The notes beneath the pieces were generated by a model. That model was not told the origin of the DNA. It did not search any database and saw only the letters and a program-made list of their open reading frames with translations. A stretch of DNA of 63,878 nt, counting the filler, from Intoshia linei (lineage: Eukaryota > Animalia > Orthonectida), in the NCBI GenBank assembly GCA_001642005.1. It is 6 parts of 6 records of this genome, joined end to end, with 100 filler letters (N's around TTAATTAATTAA, not from the genome) between each part and the next. Parts side by side here need not be neighbours in the genome. Positions count along the whole stretch, not along the records: positions 36,294 to 54,808 come from LWCA01000782.1; 5 more parts are not named here. One strand, given 5' to 3'. Below, in pieces: positions 39,746-53,401 of the stretch (its first letter is position 1; the number at the start of each line of letters is the position of its first letter). The position numbers and the translations under genes were made by a program.

Positions 39746-40046
39746 ATGAAATATATAATTTTATTCGGTTTTATTCTTCATATATACACTGTACGAAGTA
39801 TAGATATTAGGGAAGTATTTGACTTTGGAGAGTTAGATAAATATTATTTGAAGAACCACATGTTTTATGTTAAATTAAAGAAATTGAAAGAGGTAGTTGA
39901 TTATTGTTTACTATCAAGAGTAGACGGGATTAATAAAACGATTGAATTAATCTTATCAAACCCAGAATATAAAAAAAAGGAATAATCATAGTTTATAATA
40001 CCTTATTAAAAGCGTATGATAATGCGATGAATGAACGGCTAGAAAG
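39746..40046 (+). CDS. Orphan secreted protein, first exon (possible homopolymer frameshift at ~39971-39978)
   Basis: Signal peptide MKYIILFGFILHIYTVRS. Another frame continues GIIIVYNTLLKAYDNAMNERLER to an AG|gtttgt donor. Confidence 0.45.
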
Positions 40047-40875
40047 GTTTGTGATTCAATTTATAAAATATTAATTAAAAGCTTAAAAAAATATTAATAC
40101 TTGTATTGTGGCAGCTAGTTTAGATATTTTGGGGTACTTGTTCGAATTCGATGTACATATTTTAATACGTGTAAATGTATAAGTATTAACCTGTGACCTT
40201 ATTAAATCTATTAAAATGAGCCATATGGTAAACATGAAACTTGTTGAAATCATAGACATAGAGTATAACATTCTGTATTCAATAATATAAAATGTAAACT
40301 AATTTTTTTATACAACTTTTCAAATATTTTCATACACTCGCATATTTTCCATTGAAAAGATCATGTTAAAACTTTAAATGTTTTTACTGACTATATTGGC
40401 TATATACGAGATAAATTAACCATATACACTTTTTGATATCGAATTCAAACAAGTACAAGCAAAATATTTCAACTAGCTATCGCCAACTGTAAATATTTGT
40501 CAGCATTAAGAGAACATTTTTTATTAGATATTTCACTATATTAACTTTTTGAGTCTTCAAATAAATTTTAACTTTGTAAACAATTTATTTTACAATTTTT
40601 ATACTCTACACCGTAGAGTCTACGGTATAAGTCTGTACTAATTATTAATTACTAAAGTTTTATATTTTATATTTAGGGGTATTAAATATTAACAACATAG
40701 TACATTACTATTGAATAAATAACAATTTGATTAATTTTGGTCCCACTAATAGACTAACAAATTACACTAAACAATATAAAGTCATACATTCAATAACGTA
40801 TACACATCAGGGCTAAGCAGAAAAATACATTTTTTTTGCATGGGTACACCAATTCTCAATTTAAAACAATATAAC

Positions 40876-42000
40876 AGTGATTCTCAACCTGTGGTCATAT
40901 AGAAATTTTTTGTGGTCCGCCGAATATCTTGAATGATTTTTACTTGTTTTGTCCCTGTTTAAAAAATATTCTTTAAATTTGTTCATACTAAAGTAGTGTG
41001 CTAATTTCTTAACAAATATACATTTTAAGTTAAATTTAACTGATGTTATTGTAAATTATAAATAATCTCAACAAAAATTTGCTTTATTGATATTTAGGAG
41101 ACTAATATAGTATTTAGAGAACAATTAAAGTGTATAATTTCTAAAGTACGGCTGGGTGATATTTCTTTTTTCTCCATCACTTCTTCAAACCGATTGATAA
41201 TAATTTCGACGATAAATTGTTGTTGAATAAATAATTATTTTTTCATTATAATCGAGTTTTTCGGTATATCATATTTAAGAAAAATGCACACTCTGTAAAT
41301 TTAAAAATAATAATGAATGATATGGACAAAAAACAGTATTAATAGCCTAATTTAAAACTAAAATAAATATAACTGAAATCAAATAGATAAAATGTATACT
41401 ACAGATTAGATAAAAATATTTATTTTTAACATAATTTATATCTAAATTCACGAAGCATGTCATTTAAATTACAATTATTTAATTCTACATAAGTGATGCA
41501 TTTAATAAATTATATAAATTTAAATATGGACGGAAATATAATTAACGATAACGATAACACAATTTGCGCAAACAGAAAATTAAAACAATAACTTTACTGT
41601 ACAAATTGAAAATTTTTCAAAAACTTAAAAAATGAAGTTCATATTTTGTCAAATAATCACGAATAATTTGACATTTTGTCAAAATATCGAGAATAACCTA
41701 TACTATTATTTATTTGAATAAGACTTTCAATCTATTGGAATAATTGTAAATTTATTCCTAGTCCTTTTAATACAAGTCTCTAAATATTCCAAGAATTTGA
41801 AAGAATGGAACTGCAAAATGGAGAACTGGAATTTATTGCCTTGAAAAATAGTTTATCAGTAAAATACATGAAAAGTGAATTTACATTTTTTTATTTCATA
41901 AAATTTCTAGCAATAAATAAAAATTGTGGCCCGCGATGGTTTTAAATTATTTTATATTGATAAAATGTGGCCCTTCTGAAAAATAGGTTGAGAGTCTCTG
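40876..42000. mobile_element. Non-autonomous Charlie/MER-type hAT element
   Basis: Ends CAGTGATTCTCAACCT ... AGGTTGAGAGTCTCTG, with subterminal GTGGTCC/GTGGCCC motifs. Confidence 0.6.
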
Positions 42001-42075
42001 CTGTATAATATCAACTTATTTACTTAAACAGTAAATTGTTTCCAATCAATCAATTTAATTATAGTTACAATATAT

Positions 42076-44874
42076 TTATATAGCAGATTCAGCAATTTCA
42101 GAATCATCAAAGTTGCTTTCAGTATTTTCTGCGCTACCTACAACTTGTTTTCTTTTTAAAAATAATATGTCGTCTAAATTAACAATTAAATTAGTGGAGC
42201 CTTTAGTTAACTTTAACTTAAAAAAATTAAGTTTTTACGAGTTTCATATAAAACCACCATTATTCCCAAACAATTTTTCTAAATAAATCAAAAAAATTAA
42301 AATTTGCTAATACAGTAGTATCCTTTATTTACAGTTTTAACTTTAGGTTAACCATTTTTTAATTAAAGTTGCTATCTAATAAGTATTATAAGTCTAGTGT
42401 GTCGGGCACTGTAAATATATACGTTTTCATTCTAAATTTGATAGGGCCTAGTGAATCCTACATCCAATATATTCACATTGAAAAAATCCATTTTGGTGCA
42501 ATTAAGAAAAAGCTTAATATTAAACAGGTGTAACGTTTCCACGGTACATACCTGGTACTCCGATTTTATAAAAACATATTTTTAAATGTTATCAAGTAAC
42601 CTCTTCAACATGGATTGAAATTGGATAAATTTCAAATAATCAAACTCCTAATTTCGTAATATTAATTTATATTTAAATTATAAAAACAAATAAATTTAAA
42701 TAAACCTGCCAAAATACTTGTTATAGTATGTTTACTATTATCATCTTTGTAATACGAGTAATAATTAATTGAACCACGTATAAATAAACGGTCCCTATAA
42801 AATAATAGTAAAAAATGTTAATATAATAAATCAGTAGTTCTTAAACTTGTTTGTGTAACGCACCAAATGTTTTATTACGAATTCGAAACTTGAACCTATC
42901 ACACCGAGATTTTCTTCTATGTCTTTTTTAGAAAATGAATGTATATTTTTCGAAAATGAGCATTACAATAAAATACATTTTTGAATATTATATATCAATT
43001 ACACATCGTTATCAAAATTTTGTTAAAAGTAGAGTTTTCATTTTGTAGACCTGGAGCATGATTGATTCAGCTCTCCTGTTAGAACGTAATTTTACCCACC
43101 AGATTTAAAATTAAACTTTTTGTTACAAATTAAAGCTATCGGTCCATAAAAAATCACAAGATATAACATTACATTAAAAAAACATACATATAAATTTTTT
43201 TGAAACATTCCCAGTTTCAGAACCACTTCAATACATTTTAACTAAAAATAACGAAAAAACAATATATGTAGTTCATAGGTCATAAATTATGGATCATAAT
43301 GGATTGTCATTCACAAAAAATAAAAATTATATAAAATTATTATACTTGCCGACATTCTTAGATTAATTAAATATTATCAAAACATTCCTATGGGATTGTA
43401 CGTAATATGGAATAATTAATGAAACTTTATAAATACTAAAAGTGATCGCTTTTTCTGAAAATATTAAAATATTTTATAAAAATTAAATTATTGAATCATA
43501 TAAACTTACCCTTTAATAATATTTGAATCTACATAATTTTTGAGATATTCTTTAGTAATTACAACTCTGTGCCAATCGGCAGTAGATTCAAATTCTCCAG
43601 CTAAACATTCATTTAATAAATAAAAAAATTCAATTGAATTTTTTTGTATTGACTTGTATTGTTTTGATAGCATGTATTTGCGATATACATTCTTATAAAA
43701 ATTTTTCATAGAACCCAAAAAACTGCTGTTGACAACGTTGAGAATGGTTAATCTAAACTAGACCAGGGTGGACAACCTGCGGCAATCCAATTTTTTAATC
43801 GAAAATTTTTTAAGGATATAGTCTAGAGTCTAGACTAAAATATATCAAAATTTTTTTTTCAGCAATCATAAAATCATGAATGACTATGATACCAGTTTTT
43901 AACCGTGCTTGGATCAAAATATTGGATCAAAAAAAAGTGCTAAAAATGACACTAATGTTCATCGTTACTTTTTATTTTTTATTAGTTACTATCCATCATG
44001 GTTTCATGCGTATGTCTTTTTTAAAGGTAAAATTTACTTTCTTTGTTTTTTATTGTTCTTGAAGTAGCAAAGCTAAAATAACTAGAATTATTGTTTGTGG
44101 AAGATTCCACATTTGTTCCAACACGTCCTATTAATTGAACACTATTTAGCGCTAAAAATATTAATATAATTCTAAAATATTTAAAAATTGCATGTAGCCT
44201 TTAATATGAAAATACAAAACATAAAAACGTTTTAGCAGACCAAAATCAACTTAATGGTCTTGTTTAGTTTAACTTTTCTATTACCAAATTTTGGTAATTT
44301 AGATTTATTAATCAGTAATTATAATTGTAAATTCTACTTTTCTCAGATTATACATGATTGAATTAAACCCTTTAATTTTGATATAAACTTTAAAATTTGC
44401 AATGTTTTCATTTAACTCTTTCAGTCTGTATTCTATAGTATAGAATCTATACTATACACAGCATAATTTTGAAAAATTTTATTTTTATACATAATTTAAA
44501 AATTATACAAGTTTAAATTAAAACATAAATTCCAGAGTGACAGGGTTAATACTAGATATTAATATTCATGCTCGCTAACAGACACATTTTCCTTCCTATC
44601 AGAAAAACTTTACAAACACTTAGAAAATATTCAAAATAGCAATGTCGCACACGATCTGAAATGGTATCACCGCCTTTTATTAATAACTGAATATCTACAT
44701 AGTACACCTGTATTAACTTTATCTATATAAGAGCCAAAATGACTAAATCCCTTTAAATTATCTTACATTTTTCATGGCGTCTGGTTGTATTTGCATACGT
44801 GAAAAATCTTTTAAAAAACGTCAATTTCTAAATAATATTGTAATTTTATAAATTTATCGTACCAAATTATTCAT
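42076..44874 (-). CDS. SSBP1: Mitochondrial single-stranded DNA-binding protein
   Basis: Six exons in frame: 44874-44863, 44827-44767, 44151-44038, 43600-43510, 42794-42706 and 42173-42076. They give a presequence-like MNNLKLTFFKRFF, EKSLNSVQLIGRVG, FSFAT, ADWHRVV, KGDRLFIRGSINY and TSILADDILFL. Confidence 0.93.
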
Positions 44875-45422
44875 TGTTTATTGTAATTTTATATCGCTCA
44901 AATTATAATTGATGTGGGTCAATTAACTCAACTCAAATAACAAGTCAATTTATTTTGTGGGTGTTTTTACAAAGTTTTTCAATACTTCAATGTAATCATA
45001 TTAAAAATTTGTATGCTTACTGGTTCAACTATATTCAATTATAAACGTCACTTATGGGATGAATGACTTGCATGAAATGTGTTTTTACAAGTTTTTCCTT
45101 ATGGCAATGTGACGAGCTATTTAAAAGAAGTAAAATAGTATACAATATAAAATAAATGGTAAAAGTTTAATTGGCCTTAAACCTCTACCAGAAACCAATA
45201 GTTATAGTTTACAGATACAAAACGAAACACAAATAACCCTCCGCGACGGAGGCTCCGCAATATTTTCAACTACATATAAAGTAACAACACATAGTACAAT
45301 AAAATTCAATGATGCATAATAGACCTTGTAGTTTCATAACTATTTTGGATTTGGATGACAATAATATATTATTTGGATGAGTTATATTACAATACAAAAA
45401 ATTTGAGATTTTCAATTTATAT

Positions 45423-47212
45423 TTAAATATTTTCAAAATATTCTTTAGGTTTATTTACATTGATTGATTTATTTCCTGGTTTCCAATTAGCAGGGCAAAC
45501 CTCACCGTGTTTTTCGAAATATTGAATAGCTTTAACAAGTCGCAATGTTTCATCTACAGATCTTCCAATGGGGAAATCGTTGACACACGAATGTCTCACA
45601 ACATTTTTATCGTCAATAATATAAAGACCCCTAAATAAAATTTAAGAGTATTTTATAAAATGTATATTACATTTAGTTGTCATTTTTTCTTAGTAAATGT
45701 TAATAGAAAATATTTTTATATGTACAATAAGCTGACTGTTATGTACTACGTACAATTCCAGAAAAAATAAAATTATAAAAACAAATAAAATTTTTGAAAT
45801 GCAAAATCAAAGTTAAACACAATATCCCTATAAAGAATGAAAATGAAAACTCAAAAATTAACGGATGAGCACCATATACATCATGTAGTATAATACACCT
45901 CTAAATAATTTTGTATATTATCAACAGGTTTCATTCAGTCAAAATACACGGAGATTGAGATTTTAAGAGTAAATTGAGAATGTTTATTTTTATTAAATTT
46001 GTTAACTGATTTAAAAATATTTAAAGTTTCTACAAATTCGGCTTTACCTTAATTATATTTTTTTAGCCTTAGATTAATTTTTGGTTTTTTCTTCTTAGAA
46101 ATGGTAAAATTGTATTTTCTTAAAAAATATTAGAAAAAGGGGATTTTTATCTTAAAGGTTGGTAATATCGCAATTTTCAAAACAAAATTAGAAAAAATGT
46201 GTTGCTCCCTTAAAAGGTGGTAAACTTGGATTTTTTCTTTTGGGTTGGATTAAGTAGTTTTTTTCATTAGATTTCGTGAAATTATATTCTTTAAAAAAAT
46301 ATTAAAAAAAAGGAATTTTTTCTTTAACGGTTGGTAAAATTCTACTTTTTCTCTTAGGTAGAAATAAGTGGTTTATTCTTGTAAGGTTTGGTAAAAACGG
46401 ATTTTTCAAAAAAATATTATGAAGTGGATTTCTCCCTTAAGGGTTGGTATATTTGGATTTTCTCTTTTGGAGTTGGATTTACTAGTCTTTTCTCTTTAAT
46501 ATTATTAAATTAATTCCTTAAATAATACATTACTTTAGCCGTGGCCAAAATGAAAAGTACTGACTTAATTGGAATAGCCCTACTGTACATTGTACAATGT
46601 ACATACTCACCTTTGAGAAAATCCTTTGTCCTTCAAAAAAACACAATAATCTTTAGATATTTTATGATTAGTATCGGACAAAATATGAATGTTTACATCT
46701 CCTAAACCGCCCTTATTTCTGGGTTGGTTTATCCTAAATTGAAAATATAATTAAGACTCCTCAAAAATATAAACTAAAATTTACCATGCCAAATGACTAA
46801 AATGGCTATCTGTTGATACTGCTACCAAATCACAATTTATGTCTCTAAATTCATTGAACCTGTCACTAAATGCACAAATTTCTGTTGGACAAACAAACCT
46901 ACTAAACAATCATAAATATTTAAAAGTTTTAATGATACAAATCTAATGGGTAAAAAAAGAGAACCAAATATTTACCCTTGAAAGAATCAGAAGACAAATC
47001 ACAAAATTGTTTATTAAACACTGACTTTCCTTCAAAACGTGGAGCTTGATTAGCTACCAGTGAATTACTTATTTTTCTGCATATATGGTTTAGTTTCTAA
47101 AAAAATAATAATTTTTGAAAATATAATAGACAAGTACATAAAATTCTTTCATTGGATTTGCAAGAAGTGAACCTCCAAGTTTGTTTAATCTACTCACTAG
47201 TCTACACATCAT
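45423..47212 (-). CDS. PRDX3: Typical 2-Cys peroxiredoxin with an N-terminal mitochondrial presequence
   Basis: Exons 47212-47138, 47096-46939, 46901-46785, 46733-46611 and 45630-45423. They encode [12 protein letters not shown]..., [52 protein letters not shown] and a YF motif. Confidence 0.9.
46030..46500. repeat. Degenerate ~31-bp tandem subrepeats related to the 6316-6742 foldback arms (PRDX3 intron 4)
   Basis: Recurrent cttaaaggttggtaa(a)a..ggatttttc units. Confidence 0.6.
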
Positions 47213-49742
47213 TCCTAATATAAATGTTTATACTGATATGTTATTGTAAATCAAAAATTTTCCTGCAAAGTTGTGACAAATTACTCAAAATTAATCTGAG
47301 AGAAATAAAATTAACAGTAAAAAGTTTATTTTTGAAAGTTCATTCTAGTGAGGCGATTCTATATAAGATAGTGCGACCACCAGTACGACTTTTAGCACTG
47401 TTCCAAAGTCGTATTTTGTCGTAGTAAATAAACTTATAAATTGAAATTTAACTTAAATATTCATTTTTCTAATCAAAAACATATTTTGTTTCTAACCAAT
47501 AAAAGTACTACGTTTAGTACGACAAAAATATGGTCAGCCTACATAAGACCCAAATCAACAACTACCATGAAAAATAAAACGAAAAGAGAATCAAGTTTTA
47601 TTTTTTAACATCCTTTACTTATATAAACTTAAATGTCTCTGTGTTTTACCGTTTATTTTATCGGGTTCTTAACATGGGTTGCCAAACCGATTTTGGGGGG
47701 GGGGGGGGGGGGGGNTTTTGGGGGGGGGGGGATGGAGTGAGTGCCAGAAAATTTTTGAATAAAATCATTTTACAGCTATATTTTTTAAACGAGAATAAAA
47801 TTCCGAAAATAAAGTTAAATTCCATTTAGTAATTTAACATTTTTAACAAATATTAAATATTTTAATATGGTGTGTAGTATGTATATTACGGTGTCCACTT
47901 TTTTTTATTAGAAAAATCCATTTGGTAAGTGGATGCCTCTTTTAATTTTAAGCATTTATCCAAAAAAAATGAAATCGGTTAATATTAAACGACACTAAAA
48001 TAAATCATATTGATAAATTGTACAAACCACAGTGTTTTTTATGTTAAAAAGTTTTTTTTAATTAAAATTTAAAATCATTTTTAGCCATTTCAGCTAGCAA
48101 TTTTTGTTACCGTAATTATATTAACGTTTTTTGAATCTAAGTTTATTGTATTTTTTGAGAATGTAAAATCGAATTTTATTGAATTAAGGGTTGCCAAGTG
48201 GAAAAAGGTTAATAAGCCACGGTTTATTTAAACAATTAACAGACCTAAAATTTCAAAAAACCGAAATTCTAAAATAGTTTTTCGCATGTGATATTTATAT
48301 CTAAGTTTTATATCCCGCATTTGAGTCCTTCAGGATGAAACCCCAATTTTACATTTTGACCACCAAAACTAGATGACTTTTTGAATAATAATTTTTGAAG
48401 TGAAAAAAAGGATAATTTGTGGTTTTTACCATGAAAGTATAGGTTTCTGAGGCTGAGATTGACGGCAATATTAATAATTTTAAAACGCGTCCCAGATTTT
48501 GTTTTATTAAATTTTTGGGTTGATTTTATTTTTAAACAAAATGACAAATTGAGTTTTTGACCCTGAAGGACTCAAATTCGGAAGCTGAAAAATAGATATC
48601 AACATCCCCTAAGAAAAACAGTATTAAAAATTGGATTTATTTAAATTCTACCATTTTAATTCGTTTATATCCGTTATTCGTCTACTATATACATTTAAAA
48701 CCGTCCTGATTATAATTACTTAATTTTTAGATGTTAATAAAATGTAATTAAATCAAATCCAAACCTTTAGACTTTTTTGTCGTGGAGCGGATTAACTCAA
48801 ATTAAAAATTCTATGAATCAAAATATCGCATACAAAAAAATGTCATTATTCTAGCTAATACCGGAATCAATGAAATAACGTTTCTAATGTGCTAAACATG
48901 ATTGTGATAAATCTTGTAAATAAAACCGTACAATATTAGTACATTTTGTACTTTGAAAAAATAAAAAATAATCTCCGGTCAGATAAAACATAATGACTGG
49001 TCGTTTAGTCAATGCCGAACCTACCGTATCCGAGACCTCAATTCGAAGGTTTGACAAAATTTTAGTAAAATTTCACATTGCGTATTAAAAAATATATTCT
49101 TGAATATCATCACTACATTGTATTTTGTGAATTAAATTTAAAATTTTAAGTAAATAGCCTTGAATATGTGGCTAAATTTGGTGGCCTCGAGTTTTGTAGG
49201 TTCGGTTCTGTGTTTGCTGCCCACTGATTTGATAGTTATTAAATTAAATTGAAATAATTTCAATTAATTAGTGACAGGTGTAAATATAAATTGATTGCAA
49301 AAATATTAAGTGATAAAGGTCAATAACTTAATTTGTTATCTAATTATTATTATTACACCTTTTTCTATAAAAGTTTGGATGATTATAGTTATACACTGCT
49401 ATCTCTGTATCATACCTCAAGGTATTGTGTATAATAAACAATGAAGAACTCAAAATTGTCACGTTTATTGAGTATCAACCAAATAGCGACAGAATGTCGG
49501 CTATTTCTATTTGTTTATCTCAACTAAATTTAAAAAATAATAAAACACGCCCCTTTCCATTATGAGAAATTAGGCAACACTTGGTATAAATGAAAATGAG
49601 ACTAATAAAACCTTATTTTGATGCATACACTGAGCAATTGATATTTTGTTGAGATAGAATCGTCTAAAAATAATTCCCACAACATTTCCATTTTACAATC
49701 AAACTATTAAAATTTAAAGCAATTGTAATAATTGTAATAAGT

Positions 49743-50970
49743 ATGCATAATTTGAACAATGTTAAAATAGAACACGACGTGGATTCATCTGAGAAAAATT
49801 ACAATTATTGTAGATTAATTGATAATCCAACGGCAAAATCATTATTGGATGCGGCATTTGAATCGGTAGAATCCGGGTTAGTAGACAAACATCAATGTCA
49901 AGTGGAATCCTTTTATATCCACCCAACCAAGTATAAGCAATTTGAACATTCAAATTATGAAAATCAAAGAATGTCTCAGTCTCAAAATATTTACAATTAC
50001 GGACACAGCGCGAACGAAATTTATTATGGAAGTTGCAAGGAATTTGATAGAACCACATCAATGTCCGATGAAGTTTTTGCAGATAAAAACAGACCAAATT
50101 TTATGCACAATAAACATCGTCATCCAAATTTATTCAAGCGAGAAACTGAATTCAGTGCACCTTTTCCAAATTACCGCCAGAGGCTTAGTTCTCTTAAACC
50201 TAAACACAGATCTTCATCATATGACACTATACTGGAAGATTCGGACCAATCGTTTGACTTTAATCAAAGCGACTATTTTAACAAGTAAATTTTAACATTA
50301 CAATATTAGTAAACTGTAAATTGCGACGGTGAATTGTCATTTTTCAAACACTGTTGCAAATTTTTTCTAGATTAATCTCAATTATTCATCAAATATAGTC
50401 GCTATTATTAACTAATTGTTGACAATTTTATAGCCTCACACTGTTTAATTTTTAATTGTGTAAACGTGACCCGTTTTTAAATTTATGAGACATTTAATGT
50501 TCAATTCAATAATAAATATGCCAAGTAAATAAAATGACATCAATTAACATTTAAATTTAGTTCTCGTACTCAAAAACAATTACCATTAGGTGATGAAAAC
50601 ATTTACATTTCAAATGAACCCAACGATTATCTGAATTATCAGTTACCTAACCGAAAATACGAAAGTCAAGAAATTTATTCTCATCATAAACAACCAGTTT
50701 ATATTAATGCTCCCCAAAATTGTAATGTTTTCAGTCATAATAGTGAGGGTAATTCTACAAATTATGGATATTGTTCCACAGAGTCAATTCATTCCATTAA
50801 TACTGAAGGAAGTGATGCATTAGAAAAAAATAAAATGATCCAATCTTGCACTAATTTAAATTATAAAAAAAATTCACGTAATTATGACTATGGGAGTAAT
50901 GAAAATGAAATGTTTCTATGTAGTATTACGCCCAATGAACTACGATCACGATGTGGAAAGGATGATATTT
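49743..50970 (+). CDS. Orphan low-complexity (S/N/Y/H-rich) protein, two exons; 3' end uncertain
   Basis: Exon 49743-50284 (AA|gtaaat) joins in phase 2 to exon 50561-50970, giving over 300 open codons. It has a SUMO-like VKIE motif and no recognised domain. Confidence 0.6.
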
Positions 50971-51589
50971 GTAATTTTTTGCTTTTAGGCTAAAATTTAA
51001 ATTCAATTTTAATGCACCTTTTTATATGTACAAAATACATATTTATAAATGAAAATGACCAAATTGAATAATATATTTATAATTAAACCAGTGGTTTCCG
51101 ATTGGAGTCCAAAAATGTATGTGTGTAGGGTCCGTGAGACTCAAATAAAATATACAAAAAAAGTTATATAATCGTCTGTATAACCTTAATTGCTGCGGTA
51201 CTTATAGTGTTGTGTTAATTGCACTCATTACTGAACTAACAAAATACTAAATTTTATGATTGTAAAATGTCTGGTAATATTTTTAATCTTTTGTTATTTA
51301 TTTAACCTTCTCTAGAAGTGTTGTACGCCTTGTTACTTTGATAATAGTTAAGTACAATTTAAGATATAGAGGTGAGGATCGCTACGCGTGCCAACCAAAA
51401 TTTATATTGACCATTTACATTGGATCATATTAGTTGATTTAATTAAACTTTAATCATTCCTTAAAGAAATACGTTAACAAGGAAATAAGGCTCGATAAGC
51501 ATGCAGACTGACATCACTTTTGTTTATTTTTATAAGAGAACTAGGTTGACTTATGTAAAACGTACAAATAACACCTAGCTTATATATTG

Positions 51590-52140
51590 TTGGTTGATTA
51601 TATATTAAAAATTATTTTTCACTGGGAATGCGTAGATTTCTGGGGTTAAAATTTTGTTTTTATATCAAATGGAAGAAGCTCTATCAGAATAATCTTTTTT
51701 TTTAATTTTTGGACCTTTAATTATTTCACATTTTTTGTTGTTGTTAATAAAATATTTTGAAAAAAAATATATGAATACTAAAAATCTTTTTTGACTGTGA
51801 AGTCGTCACTTATCCGTATTGAAATTTTTTGTCTGTGTTAACAGGATACAACTGTACCACCTGTTAATTTAATTAAATTTAAATTTATGATAATGTTTAT
51901 GATTTTAAAATCCGTAACAAAGTATATATTTTTTTAAATTTTCCAACTCGTTTGATTTTCAAAAAAAAAACAATTGAACTTTTTGACCCGTAAGATGTGA
52001 GTTTGAAATTTATTTTGCTAACACTCCAGAAAAAACTAATTGGAATGTGGACTTTATAAAATCCTAAGATTGGTAGTTATTGAAATAAACGGTAACACAT
52101 ACAAACAAATATTGCATAGCATATTATATAAATAAGGATT
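51590..52140 (-). repeat. Helitron-like family copy including the 5' terminus
   Basis: The reverse complement begins ATCCTTATTTATATAATATGCTATGC...TTTGTATGTGTTACC and is collinear with 1425-2050. Confidence 0.8.
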
Positions 52141-53401
52141 TATAATATTTATCACCGAGTTGCTAGATGTTGGGAATTTATCTCAAAGCCTATACGAGCG
52201 CTACATTATTATTTAAAAAATCACACCATTAATAAAAAGTACCATTTCAAATAATTATACCCTCAGGGAAAAATTCCCTTTTTTTTATATTTTTTTGAAA
52301 AATTCGATTTTAAAATATTTTATGAGCAACAACTTCCTAATCTGATATTCAAAATAAACAATTCAATTTTACCAACTCTTAATGGATAAGGCCACTTATT
52401 TTAATATTTATTTTAAAAACACGATTTTACTAACACTTAAGGAAACAATCCCGTTTTTCCTACAGTTAGTTATATCCAATCAACACACAAAAAATTTCAA
52501 TTTGACAAAGCTACGCCTTCATGTACTAAAAAGTACTTTAGTATTAATTTTTTTTTATTTCGAAACTATTTTATTAACAAAAAATTTGAAATAATTACCT
52601 GTTCTACAATTAAAAAAAACATTATTCTGAAACAGTTTTTTCCAGTTGATATAAATACAAAATTTCAAATAACAAAAAATCAATGGAATCTATGCATTCC
52701 CGATGGAAAATAACTTTTTATATACTATCAACTAATATTTTTCAGATATTTGGATTAAATTATAATTATTAATACTCATCTTATAATTTCAAAAAATATT
52801 GAAATTAAACGTCTATTTCCGTTTCTAATAAAGAGATATGGATGGAAATTTCATGAATTTATTTTTTTGGTACAAGTAAAGGTTCGCCCTCGGCAGAGTT
52901 ACAGTATTGTTTGTGCGAAATACATAACAGTCAACATAGTGTAATTATTAAAAACAGAAAAATTTCTCAGCGAAGCATAAAAAATGGATTGTTCACCGTT
53001 TAGAACCGCATTAAAGGTACAACATAAAAAATAAGATTGTTCTAATCTTATTTTTTATTTTTAATCAACTAGATCAAACCCATCCCTGGTGAACATTGAT
53101 CTAATCAATGGTACTGTTTATTTCTATTATATTAGCTAATTAAATAAATAACTATGATGTATTAATTGAAACACAAATACAGAAATAAACCAAAATTATA
53201 TTACGTTCCAGTGACGACTCTTTACCTCGTGCCACTCGTGCTCAGCACGCGTAGACATTTTGGGAGTTGATAAATTTAATAATTTCACAATATTTTTAAT
53301 TTTAAATATTTTTAAATTATAATGAGAAAATATTACTCAGTGATTTGGCTTTAAAATACTGATAAACAATCAATAAAAAGCATAACGTAATACTTTGTTT
53401 C

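Noticed and set aside
47694-47731. Poly-G tract / Gly-rich ORF / G-quadruplex
   Set aside because: It contains an n and sits in a repeat, so it is low-quality homopolymer sequence.
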